The notes below the pieces were generated by a model. The model was not told the DNA's origin. It was given only the letters and a program-made list of their open reading frames with translations, and did no database searches. Source: Candidatus Paralachnospira caecorum (GTDB taxonomy: Bacteria; Bacillota; Clostridia; Lachnospirales; Lachnospiraceae). Taken from it: DNA of 64,000 nucleotides. This document shows, one piece after another, positions 33,795 to 43,823 of the stretch (position 1 is its first letter; each line of letters opens with the position of its first letter). The stretch covers positions 40-64,039 of the forward strand of contig CAJFHG010000012.1 of assembly GCA_904379015.1 (NCBI GenBank), written 5' to 3'. The position numbers and the translations under genes are program-made.

Positions 33795-35570
33795 ATGGAA
33801 AAGGGAGCAGGATCTGCCGCGGCGTATGAGGAATACGAGAGGCGCAGAGCGGAAAATATCATATGGAATGCGGCGGGACGCTATGATTTCCGTCCCGGAT
33901 ACGAGGCCTTTGACGAAAATGGAAGGGCAGATCTCTATTTCAATACGGTCATCGGAGCCGCCTACAGGCATTATGATTTTGACAAGCTGGACCGGCTGTT
34001 TCAGTCACTGCGGTGGGAGCCGGACGGAGAATTTTACGAAAATCTGCTGTGGCTGGGACTTGAGAACGGCGTCTACGAAAAAGAACGGCCTGCCCGTCCG
34101 GTGTTTCAGGAGCTGCGCCGGGCATATGCGGCCAGGGCGGAGGAGCAGGCAGGGGCGGCGCCGGACCAGGATCTGTTCGAGACGCTGAGAACCGCGCACT
34201 TCAGGCGCGCCCTTGGAAAAGAGGGGAAGGAGAGCAGGCGGGAATCCAGACTGCTGGACGCGCTGGAATTTGACGGAGAGATGGATACAGACGCGGTCAT
34301 AGAGCGGATGCGCCGGCTTCTGCTGGAGTTTTTCTGGACTTCTCCCGGTTATGAGGAGGAAGGGAAGAAAAAGGTCCGGCGCCGCCTTCCGCGCTTCCCG
34401 GGACGGAAGAAGTTTTCTGTGAGGCTGAGTCTCAGGCGGGTGCGCCCTATGGAGGCCGATGAGGGGAATCCGGTCCGGAACGGGGACGGAAAAGCGGGAG
34501 AAGGCGCTTCGGCCCTTCAGATGCTGTTTCACCGGGAACTCAGGGAAGCACAGGTGAAAGCGTTTGTGGAGGACTGTTTCGGCAAATCTATCTACAGTCC
34601 GGAAACAGTCCGGGAGATCGAGAACCGTCTGTGCACCGGAACGCATAGAGGATGTTTCCTTCATTTTACCAGAGGAGAGCTGCCCGGGGCCCAGGCGGCG
34701 GACCGGGCGGCGCAGGTTCAGAGGGAGCAGGTGCTCAGACAGAGAAAGAAAAACCGGGCATATTACATGGAACACCTGGCAGAAAACCGGATGAGCATCG
34801 GCAGGCTGACCGCGAAGCTGAAAAATTCTATGCTGCTGTATATGGAGTATGATCAGATCCGGGGCAGGTCCGGATCCCTGCAGAGCGACCGGGCCTGGCG
34901 TCTGGAATGTCTGTCGGACGGACGTGTTTTCATCAGAAATGAGCAGGATGAGATCGGAAATCTGACGGTGGACATTCTGCTGGACGCTTCCGCTTCCCAG
35001 AAGGAATGCCAGGAGCAGGTGGCGGCGCAGGCCTATATCATAGCAGAGAGTCTGACCCGCTGCGGCATTCCGGTGAAGGTGTACGCCTTTTCCAGCGTCA
35101 GCGGCTGTACCGTTCTGCATCTGTTCCGGGATTATGGGGAACCGGAAAAAAATGAGGCGGTCTTTGATTATACAGCGGCCGGATGGAACCGGGATGGTCT
35201 CGCACTGAGGGCGGCGGGAGACTGGATTGCGGCGGAGGCAAAGCGGGGAGGAAGGACGGGAGGAGCGGCATACAGGCTCCTGATCGTTCTTTCCGATGCC
35301 AGTCCCTGTGATGATCAGAGGATCGCGCCGGAAAAGGGAGGATTCGGTTATCGTGGATACGAGGGGGAACGGGCCGTTCAGGACGCGTGCGGGGAAGCCG
35401 GCCGCATCAGAAGGATGGGCGTGCGGGTGATGTGTGTGTTTACCGGTACCGGGAGAGATCTGCCGGCAGCCAGGAAAATCTATGGAAATGAGGTGGTCCA
35501 GATCCGGTCCGCGGACAGATTCGCGGACCGGGTCGGGGAAATGATCCTGAGTCAGATCGGCAGCCTGTAA
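33795..35570 (+). CDS. NorD/CobT-like vWA-domain partner protein
   Basis: ILLDASASQ, GWNRDG and IVLSDASPCD MIDAS elements; adjacent to the MoxR ATPase. Confidence 0.75.
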   Translation: MEKGAGSAAAYEEYERRRAENIIWNAAGRYDFRPGYEAFDENGRADLYFNTVIGAAYRHYDFDKLDRLFQSLRWEPDGEFYENLLWLGLENGVYEKERPARPVFQELRRAYAARAEEQAGAAPDQDLFETLRTAHFRRALGKEGKESRRESRLLDALEFDGEMDTDAVIERMRRLLLEFFWTSPGYEEEGKKKVRRRLPRFPGRKKFSVRLSLRRVRPMEADEGNPVRNGDGKAGEGASALQMLFHRELREAQVKAFVEDCFGKSIYSPETVREIENRLCTGTHRGCFLHFTRGELPGAQAADRAAQVQREQVLRQRKKNRAYYMEHLAENRMSIGRLTAKLKNSMLLYMEYDQIRGRSGSLQSDRAWRLECLSDGRVFIRNEQDEIGNLTVDILLDASASQKECQEQVAAQAYIIAESLTRCGIPVKVYAFSSVSGCTVLHLFRDYGEPEKNEAVFDYTAAGWNRDGLALRAAGDWIAAEAKRGGRTGGAAYRLLIVLSDASPCDDQRIAPEKGGFGYRGYEGERAVQDACGEAGRIRRMGVRVMCVFTGTGRDLPAARKIYGNEVVQIRSADRFADRVGEMILSQIGSL

Positions 35571-35585
35571 AGGCTGCGGTCTGTT

Positions 35586-35978
35586 TTACAGGATCTGGCA
35601 GAATTCGAGCTGCTCTCCGGTGGGGCTTGCAATCTTGAAATAGCGCACGCCATTTTCCCAGAAGGAGGGAATTTCTTCGATGCCGTCGGTGGTAATGGTA
35701 TAGCCCTGATCCACACAGTACTGATAATCGGCCTCAATGTCGGAGGAATCAAAGCAGTAGTGATCGATCTTTCCGGCGGCCTCCGGTCCCAGCGGAGGGT
35801 TGGCCTGATACATTTCGTAAACGATATCCCGGTTTTTCAGGAATTTTACGGGAGAACCGTCGTTTCCCTTAAAATCTCCGATCACTTCAAAGCCGAGTAC
35901 ATCTTCATACCATTTGGCGTCCTTTTCCACGTCATTGGTGGCAAGTCCGATATGTCCGTGTTTTCTGTTTTTGATCAT
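35586..35978 (-). CDS. VOC/glyoxalase family protein
   Basis: HGHIGLATND...WYEDVLGF...IDHYCF...PTGEQLEFCQ; GGGAGG RBS. Confidence 0.85.
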   Translation of the reverse strand: MIKNRKHGHIGLATNDVEKDAKWYEDVLGFEVIGDFKGNDGSPVKFLKNRDIVYEMYQANPPLGPEAAGKIDHYCFDSSDIEADYQYCVDQGYTITTDGIEEIPSFWENGVRYFKIASPTGEQLEFCQIL

Positions 35979-36097
35979 GATGAACCTCCCTTGTTGATTG
36001 GTGTAAATAAAGCAGCGGTACGCCGGGTACCCTCTGCCTTTTATTATACTGCCGGCGTTTCCGTAAATCAACGGCGGCTTTTGGAAAGGATAAAACA

Positions 36098-36709
36098 ATG
36101 AAAAAAATCAAAATATGCGGAATTACCTGCGAGCGGGAAGCGGAATATCTGAATGAAGCCGGTGTGGATTTTGCCGGGATGATCCAGTTTGTGGAAAAGA
36201 GCAGAAGGAATATTCCTCTGGAGCGGGCCGTTTTGATCATGAAGCGGCTGGATCCGTCCATTCTGCCGGTGGCTGTGACGGTCTGCCCGGAAAAAGAGCA
36301 GCTGCGCAGGATTGAAGAGGCCGGATTTGGCGCGGTGCAGATCCATGGCTCTATTCCGGAAATGCTTCTGGACGGGATCAGGATCCCGGTGATCAAAGCG
36401 TTTAATGTGGGGGATCTGTCTGACTACGGACGGTTCTGCGGTGATGACCGTATCGCCGGATTTATTTTTGACGCGCAGACGCCGGGCAGCGGAAAAACCT
36501 TTGACTGGTCATTGCTGGGAAAAATTCCTGCGGGAGAAAAGCCGGCTCTCATTGCAGGCGGCATCGGGCCGGACAATGCGGTGGAGGCGCTGACCGTCAC
36601 CGGCCTGGCGGGAGTGGATGTAAGCTCCGGCGCGGAGGGCAGCGACGGTCTGAAGAGCCGCGAAAAGATACTGGCCCTGGTGCGGAATGTGCGGGCTATG
36701 GAAAAGTGA
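36098..36709 (+). CDS. trpF: Phosphoribosylanthranilate isomerase
   Basis: IKICGIT...AVQIHG...FIFDA..PGSGKTFDW...IAGGIGPDN...GVDVSSGAE. Confidence 0.88.
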   Translation: MKKIKICGITCEREAEYLNEAGVDFAGMIQFVEKSRRNIPLERAVLIMKRLDPSILPVAVTVCPEKEQLRRIEEAGFGAVQIHGSIPEMLLDGIRIPVIKAFNVGDLSDYGRFCGDDRIAGFIFDAQTPGSGKTFDWSLLGKIPAGEKPALIAGGIGPDNAVEALTVTGLAGVDVSSGAEGSDGLKSREKILALVRNVRAMEK

Positions 36710-36763
36710 ATCCCTGCCGGGGCGGCGCGGTCTGTCATGAGCGCGCAGAGCGCCAGCATTCTA

Positions 36764-37840
36764 TTATTTTGAATATGCTTTCAGCTTTCTCACGACTTCG
36801 TCTCCGACCTGTGAGGTGGACGCGCTTCCGCCCAGATCGGGGGTGAGGTATTGTTTTTCTACCAGGATTTCTTCAATGATATCAATGAAGCGTCTGGCCC
36901 ATACCCCGTGGCCGAAGAAGTCCAGCATCTGGCTGGCGGACCAGACGGCGGCCAGAGGGTTGGCCTTTCCCTGTCCGGCAATGTCCGGAGCGGAGCCATG
37001 AATGGGCTCGAACATGGACGGGAAATTCCGTTCCGGATTCAGGTTGGCGCCGGCGGCCAGTCCCATGCCACCGGAGATGGCGGCTCCCAGATCGGTCAGG
37101 ATATCCCCGAAGAGATTGGAGGTGACCACGATCTGGAACCGCTTCGGATCCTTGACCATGAACATGCTGGCGGCGTCCACCAGGTAGGAATGGGTCTCCA
37201 CATCGGGATATTCTTTTCCCACTTCCTCGAAGATCTGGTCCCAGAACACCATGGAATAGTTGAGGGCGTTGCCCTTGCTGATGCTGGTCAGGGTTTTCTT
37301 CTGTGCCCGTGCCAGCTCGTAGGCATATCGGATGATCCGCTCACAGCCGAAGCGGGAAAAGACGCCGTTCTGGATCACAACCTCTCTGGGCGTGCCCGGG
37401 TAGAGCCAGCTGCCGCTTCCCGCGTATTCCCCCTCGCTGTTTTCCCGGACAAAGAGCATGTCGATATCCTCTCTGGCCACATCTTTTAAGGGGCACGGCG
37501 CGCCCTTTAGGAGCCGGACAGGCCGCAGGTTCACATACTGGTCAAACTGCTTGCGGATGATCAGCAGAAGATCCCAGAGGGAAATATGGTCGGGAACGCC
37601 GGGGGCGCCTACTGCACCCAGATAAATGGCGTCGAAGGCTTTCAGCTGCGAGATGCCGTCTTCTGCCATCATCCGGCCGTTTTTCAGATAATATTCACAT
37701 CCCCAGGGAAAATAGGTGAATTCAAAGGCGAAGCTTCCGTCGGCGCTGGCTGCCTGCTCGAGGGCGCGCACGCCTTCGGCGATCACCTCAGGACCGATGC
37801 CGTCGCCGGCAATGACTGCGATTTTATGGATTGTTTTCAT
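36764..37840 (-). CDS. Tartrate/D-malate dehydrogenase (decarboxylating), isocitrate/isopropylmalate dehydrogenase family
   Basis: IAVIAGDGIGPEV...FDQYVNLRP...RENSEGEY...NLFGDILTDL...FEPIHGSAPDIAG. Confidence 0.85.
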   Translation of the reverse strand: MKTIHKIAVIAGDGIGPEVIAEGVRALEQAASADGSFAFEFTYFPWGCEYYLKNGRMMAEDGISQLKAFDAIYLGAVGAPGVPDHISLWDLLLIIRKQFDQYVNLRPVRLLKGAPCPLKDVAREDIDMLFVRENSEGEYAGSGSWLYPGTPREVVIQNGVFSRFGCERIIRYAYELARAQKKTLTSISKGNALNYSMVFWDQIFEEVGKEYPDVETHSYLVDAASMFMVKDPKRFQIVVTSNLFGDILTDLGAAISGGMGLAAGANLNPERNFPSMFEPIHGSAPDIAGQGKANPLAAVWSASQMLDFFGHGVWARRFIDIIEEILVEKQYLTPDLGGSASTSQVGDEVVRKLKAYSK

Positions 37841-38069
37841 GACAGATTCCTCCCGGAACAGTTTTCTTTTCAGTATAACGCAGCCGGGCGGGAATGGCAA
37901 TGCCGGTTTCCATAAGAGAAAAACAGTGCTATAATGGACATGGATTTTCTGAAGATGGGGCTGGGATGAGCAGTATGAAAACGCGTTCGGGCAGGGCGGC
38001 GGGGCCATGGGGGGCACTGCGGCAGCTGCCGCGGGAAAGTGACGGCTGAACGGAGAAAGAGTTGACAGA

Positions 38070-39065
38070 ATGCGGAAAAAGAAAAGAATCAAGAAGATAC
38101 TGATCATTTTGGCAGTCCTTTTTATCATACTTTATGTGGCGGTCTGCAATATTCTGGTCAGCGCGGCTCTGGTCCCTTCCTTTATGGAGCGGCTGGAAGC
38201 CTTTCAGAGTCTGACAGAGCAGGGACTGGAAGCCCAGGTCCACACGGATGATATTCAGCAGAACAGGACTGAGTCGCTGTCGGAGACGGAAGAATGGGTC
38301 CAGTCGGCGGATTCGGAGGAGCTGTCTGTCACCAGTGAGGACGGCTACCGGCTGGTGGCCAGGGCTTTTTATCAGAAGGATGAAAATGGGGAGCAGAGCC
38401 ATAAATGGGTGCTCCTGCTTCACGGGTACACGGGCTGGAAGGAGGAAATGTATCCCATCGGCTGCCGGTACGCCGCACAGGGATATCAGGTGCTGGTCCC
38501 GGATCTGCGCTGCAGCGGAGAGAGCGAGGGGGATTTCATCGGTATGGGATGGACGGACCGGCTCGATAATATGCTGTGGCTGAATATGATCCTGGAAAAG
38601 GATCCGGAGGCGGAGATCGTCATTCACGGACAGTCCATGGGCGCGGCGTGTGCGCTGATGATGTCCGGAGAAGAGCTGCCGGACAATGTAAAGGCCATTG
38701 TTTCGGACAGCGCCTATACAGATGTGTACAGCATGTTCAAAAAGCAGATGAGAGACTGGTTTCATCTGCCGGCTTTTCCGATCCTCCAGGGAGCCGGGAT
38801 GATGCTCATGCTGAGAGGCGGATACAACATCTGGGAAGCTTCTGCCCTTGAAGCGGTGAAGAAGACGGATCTTCCCGTGCTGATCATTCACGGAACGGAG
38901 GATGCCTTTGTGCCGGTTTCCATGGCGCAGGAGCTGTATGACGCCGTGCCCGGGGAAAAGGAGCTGCTCCTGGTGGAGGGAGCCGGACATGTGCAGGCCC
39001 AGGACAAGGATCCGGATACTTATTATGGGACAGTTTTCTCGTTCCTGGAACAGTATGGATTTTAG
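38070..39065 (+). CDS. Membrane-anchored alpha/beta hydrolase
   Basis: N-terminal TM; HGY; GQSMG nucleophile; HGTED; GAGH. Confidence 0.88.
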   Translation: MRKKKRIKKILIILAVLFIILYVAVCNILVSAALVPSFMERLEAFQSLTEQGLEAQVHTDDIQQNRTESLSETEEWVQSADSEELSVTSEDGYRLVARAFYQKDENGEQSHKWVLLLHGYTGWKEEMYPIGCRYAAQGYQVLVPDLRCSGESEGDFIGMGWTDRLDNMLWLNMILEKDPEAEIVIHGQSMGAACALMMSGEELPDNVKAIVSDSAYTDVYSMFKKQMRDWFHLPAFPILQGAGMMLMLRGGYNIWEASALEAVKKTDLPVLIIHGTEDAFVPVSMAQELYDAVPGEKELLLVEGAGHVQAQDKDPDTYYGTVFSFLEQYGF

Positions 39066-39128
39066 CACGGATTTTCAAGAGAACACAGATGTCCGTTCAT
39101 GCGGACAGCATAAAGCGGGGAAAAGGCA

Positions 39129-39482
39129 ATGGATTTTTACAGGCGGGCGCAGGAAGTGTGCAGGAGGATCCCGCGCGGGAAGGTGGCGACCTATGGACAG
39201 ATCGCCCTTCTGTGCGGCGCTCCGAAGTGCGCGAGGCAGGCCGGGTATTTTCTGGGACACAGAAGCGGAGAGGATATTCCGGCCCACCGGGTCGTGAACG
39301 CCAGAGGTTATCTGAGCGGCGCGGCGGCTTTCAGCCATCCGGACCTGCAGCGGCTTCTCCTGGAAGAAGAAGGGGTTCCGGTCAGTCCGGAAAAGACGGT
39401 GGATCTGAAACGATACAAATGGAACAATACGATGGAGGAAGCGCTTTCGCTTCTGGAATTTTTTGAGCGGAACGGTATTTGA
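39129..39482 (+). CDS. MGMT-family alkyltransferase-like protein (Atl/YbaZ type)
   Basis: IPRGKVATYGQIA...PAHRVV; the PCHR cysteine is replaced by Ala. Confidence 0.85.
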   Translation: MDFYRRAQEVCRRIPRGKVATYGQIALLCGAPKCARQAGYFLGHRSGEDIPAHRVVNARGYLSGAAAFSHPDLQRLLLEEEGVPVSPEKTVDLKRYKWNNTMEEALSLLEFFERNGI

Positions 39483-40333
39483 GGGACAGGATGATCAAAC
39501 GGGCACTGAAGGATTTTGATATCAGACAGATTGCTGCGTCAGGACAGTGTTTCCGCATGGAGGAGAAGGAAGACGCGGTCCGGGTAATTGCCGGAAATCG
39601 GTATCTGGAGATCCGGGAGACCGGGGAATGCTCCGGAGACGGAAAACAGGAAAAGATCTTCGCGTTTTCCTGTTCTGATGAAGAGTACGACGGGTTCTGG
39701 AGGGAATATTTCGACCTGGATTATGATTATGGCAGAGTCAAAGCGGGGATCCTGCCGGAGGACCGGTATCTGAGAGCGGCTGCCGTTCACGGCGGCGGGA
39801 TCCGCATCCTGCGGCAGGATCTCTGGGAGACGCTGGTCAGCTTTCTGATTTCCCAGCAGAATCATATTCCCAGGATCCGCAGGTGTATCCGGCTGCTGTG
39901 CGAAGCCTGCGGGGAGCGGAAAGAAACGGAAGACGGAACGGTCTTTTATGGATTTCCGTCTCCGGAGAACGTGGCGGCCCTGTCCCTGGAGGAACTGCAA
40001 GGCTGCAATCTGGGGTATCGTGCCAAATATGTCAAAAAAACAGCGGAGGATGCGGCGGCCGGACGGCTTTGTCTGGAGAAGATCGGCGGGATGGGCTATG
40101 AGGAGGCCCGTGAAGCACTGAAGAAGTGCTTCGGCGTGGGAGATAAAGTGGCGGACTGTGTCTGCCTGTTTGCGCTTCATCATATGGAGGCCTTTCCTGT
40201 GGATACCCATATCCGGCAGGTACTGGAGCGGGAATATCCCCGGGGATTTCCCTTCGCGCAGTATAAGGAGACTGCCGGGATCCTTCAGCAGTATATGTTT
40301 TATTATGAGCTGACAGGGCCGGAAGGTGCTTGA
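39479..40333 (+). CDS. 8-oxoguanine DNA glycosylase (OGG1-like, HhH-GPD)
   Basis: SGQCFR...GIRILRQD.WE...GYRAKY...GVGDKVADCV.LF...FPVDTH. Confidence 0.88.
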   Translation: MRDRMIKRALKDFDIRQIAASGQCFRMEEKEDAVRVIAGNRYLEIRETGECSGDGKQEKIFAFSCSDEEYDGFWREYFDLDYDYGRVKAGILPEDRYLRAAAVHGGGIRILRQDLWETLVSFLISQQNHIPRIRRCIRLLCEACGERKETEDGTVFYGFPSPENVAALSLEELQGCNLGYRAKYVKKTAEDAAAGRLCLEKIGGMGYEEAREALKKCFGVGDKVADCVCLFALHHMEAFPVDTHIRQVLEREYPRGFPFAQYKETAGILQQYMFYYELTGPEGA

Positions 40334-40359
40334 CAGAAGCGCGGAGACTGTGCTACGAT
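40330..40359 (+). promoter_or_regulatory. Promoter of the ABC-F leader
   Basis: TTGACA, 18-bp spacer containing TG, TACGAT. Confidence 0.6.
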
Positions 40360-40435
40360 AAATGAGCTTTCAGGACAGCTGGAAGCAGACAGTTTGTCAG
40401 AAGGATCCCTCCGGATCCATGAGCAGAAGAAAAGA

Positions 40436-40658
40436 AGGGAGATGAAAGGATGAAGATGAATTCCTGCAGATAATCGATGGATGGTGCGTGGCCGACGCGC
40501 TCCGGCGCGGGATCCTGCGTTGCGGGATTGTTTGCCATGCTTGCAGGAAACGCTTCTTCCTTTCATGGTTCGTATATCATTTGCGGCGCTGTTGTGGCAG
40601 TCAGCCTGCGCGCCGCAGAATCAGTCAAAAAGGATGCAGGGATTCCTGCATCCTTTTT
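40436..40658 (+). promoter_or_regulatory. uORF-dependent transcription attenuator upstream of the ABC-F gene
   Basis: uORFs MKG* (40442-53) and MKMNSCR* (40450-73). TTCCTGCA (40461-68) and the terminator 3' arm TTCCTGCA (40643-50) are both complementary to TGCAGGAA (40542-49). A 14-bp terminator stem spans 40627-58. Confidence 0.75.
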
Positions 40659-40696
40659 GCGCACCTCCAGAACTATAAAATCAAGAATGGAGGCGG

Positions 40697-42304
40697 ATGA
40701 ATATGACACAGATTCGTGCGGAACATGTAACATTTTATTATGGCGGAAGCCATCAGGAAATTTTCAGGGATATGTCCTTTACCATCGATACGGACTGGAA
40801 GCTGGGACTGGTCGGACGGAACGGAAGAGGCAAGACCACGCTCCTGAAGCTGCTGATGGGCCTGGAGGAATACGAAGGGCGCATCGTTTCGCCGGAGGGC
40901 TTCCTGTATTTTCCTTTCCGGACAGAGACCGTTCCCGGCGAGATGACTTATGAGACGGCGGAACGGATCTTCCCGGAGCATGAGCACTGGATGCTCTGCA
41001 GAGAGCTGGGACTTCTGGATATGGATCCGGAGGTGCTTTACCGGCCGTTTGAGACCCTGAGCCAGGGGGAGCGGACCAGAGTGCTTCTGGCACTTTTGTT
41101 TTTGAAGGAGGACCATTTTCTTCTGATCGATGAGCCCACAAATCATCTGGACGAAGCGGGAAGAGCGTGTGTGAGCCGTTACCTGGGAAGGAAGAAGGGG
41201 TTTATCCTTGTATCCCATGACCGGAGTTTCCTGGATGGCTGCATTGACCATGTGATGGCAATCAACCGTCAGGGGATCCAGGTGGTGCAGGGGAATTTTT
41301 CCAGCTGGTGGGAAGACAAAAGGAGGCAGGATCTCTGGGAGCTTGAGGAAAATGAACGTCTGAAAAAGGAAATCGGACGCCTCTCGGAGGCTGCCAGGCG
41401 CGCGGAGCGCTGGTCGGAGAAAACAGAGAAAACAAAGACGGGCACGCGGATCGGCGGTCTGAAGCCGGATCGGGGCGCCATCGGGCACAAGGCGGCCAAA
41501 ATGATGAAACGGGCCAAGAGTACGGAGCGGAGAATGGAAAACGCAGTGAAAGAGAAATCGGCGCTCCTGAAAAATGTGGAGACAGCACAGCAGCTGAAGC
41601 TGTTTTCGCTGAAGCATGATAAAGAAGTGCTGGTGCGGTTCCGGGATGTATCGCTGGCCTATGGAGAACGGGAGGTCTGCCGGAATGTGAGCTTTACACT
41701 GACCGGAGAGGACCGGCTGGCGCTGGCGGGGGGAAACGGATGCGGCAAATCTACGGTCCTGAAGGCGATCCTTCTGGAGGCGGAACGGAGGGGCGGCTGC
41801 TGCGTGGGCCGGCCGCGTTCTGCGCCGGAAAATGGAGAGGCAGAGCAGCGGGCGCAGCTGAGGGTCACCGGCGGCGTCATTGAGCTGGCTCCGGCGCTGA
41901 AGATTTCCGTGGTTCCGCAGGATTCCTCTTTCCTGAGGGGCAGTCTTGACAATTATATCGAGGAGACCGGGGCGGACCCGACACTCTTTAAAATGCTTCT
42001 GCGGAAGCTGGATTTTTCCAGAGAACATTTTGAGAAGCCCATGGAGGAGTACAGCGAAGGGCAGCGGAAAAAGGTGCTTCTGGCCGGAAGCCTGGCGGCG
42101 CGCGCCCACCTGTATCTCTGGGATGAGCCGCTGAACTATATTGATGTGTTTTCCAGAGTGCAGCTGGAGGAGCTCCTGGCAGGAACCCGGCTTCCGCTGC
42201 TGTATGTGGAGCATGATAAAATCTTTGTGGAGAAAACGGCAAGTCTTGTATATCCGCTGGATTTTCAGTATAATGATAAAAAAGTAAACGTACAAGTGAG
42301 GTAA
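40697..42304 (+). CDS. Lsa-like ABC-F ribosomal protection protein
   Basis: IDTDWKLGLVGRNGRGKTT...LSQGE...LIDEPTNHLD; two ABC domains, no TM; LYLWDEP second Walker B; interdomain linker. Confidence 0.85.
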   Translation: MNMTQIRAEHVTFYYGGSHQEIFRDMSFTIDTDWKLGLVGRNGRGKTTLLKLLMGLEEYEGRIVSPEGFLYFPFRTETVPGEMTYETAERIFPEHEHWMLCRELGLLDMDPEVLYRPFETLSQGERTRVLLALLFLKEDHFLLIDEPTNHLDEAGRACVSRYLGRKKGFILVSHDRSFLDGCIDHVMAINRQGIQVVQGNFSSWWEDKRRQDLWELEENERLKKEIGRLSEAARRAERWSEKTEKTKTGTRIGGLKPDRGAIGHKAAKMMKRAKSTERRMENAVKEKSALLKNVETAQQLKLFSLKHDKEVLVRFRDVSLAYGEREVCRNVSFTLTGEDRLALAGGNGCGKSTVLKAILLEAERRGGCCVGRPRSAPENGEAEQRAQLRVTGGVIELAPALKISVVPQDSSFLRGSLDNYIEETGADPTLFKMLLRKLDFSREHFEKPMEEYSEGQRKKVLLAGSLAARAHLYLWDEPLNYIDVFSRVQLEELLAGTRLPLLYVEHDKIFVEKTASLVYPLDFQYNDKKVNVQVR

Positions 42305-42307
42305 CAA

Positions 42308-43807
42308 ATGATGACAGGTCAGTTATTAGAGCGGGGAGCGGGGATCCTGCTGCCTGTTACCAGTCTTCCTTCCCCGTATGGGATCGGGACCTTCGGAAAG
42401 GCCGCCTATGAGTTTGTGGATTTTCTGAGGGCAGCGGGGCAGAAATACTGGCAGGTGCTGCCCCTTGGGCCGACCAGCTACGGGGACAGCCCTTACCAGT
42501 CCTTTTCCGCCTACGCGGGCAATCCTTATTTTATCGATCTGGAGATCCTTGTGGAGGAAGGACTGCTGGAAAAAGAATATCTTGATCAGTTTTCCTGGGG
42601 CGGAGATGAAACGTCCGTTTCCTATGAGACGATCTATCAGAATCGCTTCCAGGTACTGCGCACGGCTTTCCGGAGCAGCGCCCATCAGGAGGCACCGGAC
42701 TTCCGTATATTTGAGCGGGAGAATGCGTACTGGCTTGGGGATTACTGCCTGTATATGGCATGTAAGGAACATTTTGGGAATGTGAGCTGGCTGGAATGGG
42801 ACGAGGATATCCGTTTCCGGCGTCCGGAGGCAGTGAAAAAGTATGAAGCCCTCCTGGAGGAGGAGATCGCGTTCTGGGCGTTCTGTCAGTATGAGTTTTT
42901 TGAGCAGTGGGACCGGCTCAGGGATTACGCGGCAAAGCAGGGGATCCGGATCATCGGGGATATTCCCATTTATGCCGCCCTGGACAGCGCGGATGTGTGG
43001 ACACATCCGAAGCTGTTTCTTCTGGATGAAAAGCTGGTGCCCAAATTCATCGCGGGCGTGCCGCCGGACGCGTTCAGCGCCACCGGGCAGCTCTGGGGCA
43101 ATCCGCTTTATGACTGGGATGCTATGGAAGAGGAGGATTTTGAATGGTGGCGGCAGCGGATCCTGGCCTCCGGCCGGCTTTATGACGCTCTGCGCATCGA
43201 CCATTTTATCGGAATCACCAGGTATTATGCAGTGCCCTGGGGGGCGAAGGACAGTGTGAACGGCATTTACAGGCCGGGGCCGGGCAAGAAGCTGACCGAC
43301 GTGATCAATGAGGCGGCGGGGTCCATGCGCATCATCGCGGAGGATCTGGGGATCGTGACACCGGAGGTGCGGAAGCTTCTGAACGATAACGGGTATCCTG
43401 GAATGAAGGTCATCGCCTTTGGATTTGACGGAGATCCGGCCAACGAACATCTGCCCCATAATTATACCACCGCCAACTGTGTGGCCTACGGCGGCACTCA
43501 CGACAACGAGACATTGGCGGGACTGTTCTGCGACAAATCAGATGAGGTGCTGAGCTATCTGTTTGATCTGATCGGGATCCGGGAGCGGTCTGAGATCGTG
43601 GAGGGGCTGTTCCGGCAGGTGTATGGCAGTATTGCCGCTGTGGCCATTTTTCAGGCGCAGGATGTGCTGAAGCTGGACAATTCCGCCAGAATGAATTTTC
43701 CTTCCACTCTGGGCGGCAACTGGGAATGGCGTCTCAGAAAGGGGCAACTCGGTGAAAAGGAGGCTGGCTGGCTCCGCTGGCTGGCGCATGTTTACAACCG
43801 CAGCTGA
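42308..43807 (+). CDS. malQ: 4-alpha-glucanotransferase (amylomaltase, GH77)
   Basis: GILLPVTSLPS...WQVLPLGPT..GDSPY...GDIPIY...RIDHF...IAEDLG...THDN...MNFP. Confidence 0.95.
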   Translation: MMTGQLLERGAGILLPVTSLPSPYGIGTFGKAAYEFVDFLRAAGQKYWQVLPLGPTSYGDSPYQSFSAYAGNPYFIDLEILVEEGLLEKEYLDQFSWGGDETSVSYETIYQNRFQVLRTAFRSSAHQEAPDFRIFERENAYWLGDYCLYMACKEHFGNVSWLEWDEDIRFRRPEAVKKYEALLEEEIAFWAFCQYEFFEQWDRLRDYAAKQGIRIIGDIPIYAALDSADVWTHPKLFLLDEKLVPKFIAGVPPDAFSATGQLWGNPLYDWDAMEEEDFEWWRQRILASGRLYDALRIDHFIGITRYYAVPWGAKDSVNGIYRPGPGKKLTDVINEAAGSMRIIAEDLGIVTPEVRKLLNDNGYPGMKVIAFGFDGDPANEHLPHNYTTANCVAYGGTHDNETLAGLFCDKSDEVLSYLFDLIGIRERSEIVEGLFRQVYGSIAAVAIFQAQDVLKLDNSARMNFPSTLGGNWEWRLRKGQLGEKEAGWLRWLAHVYNRS

Positions 43808-43823
43808 CAAAGGAGGAGTGCGT

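Noticed and set aside
40477-40953. ORFs of 65-158 aa in the ABC-F leader (40477-40953 minus, 40481-40678, 40488-40700)
   Set aside because: They overlap the attenuator stems and terminator and are better explained as structured RNA; only the very short uORFs were kept.
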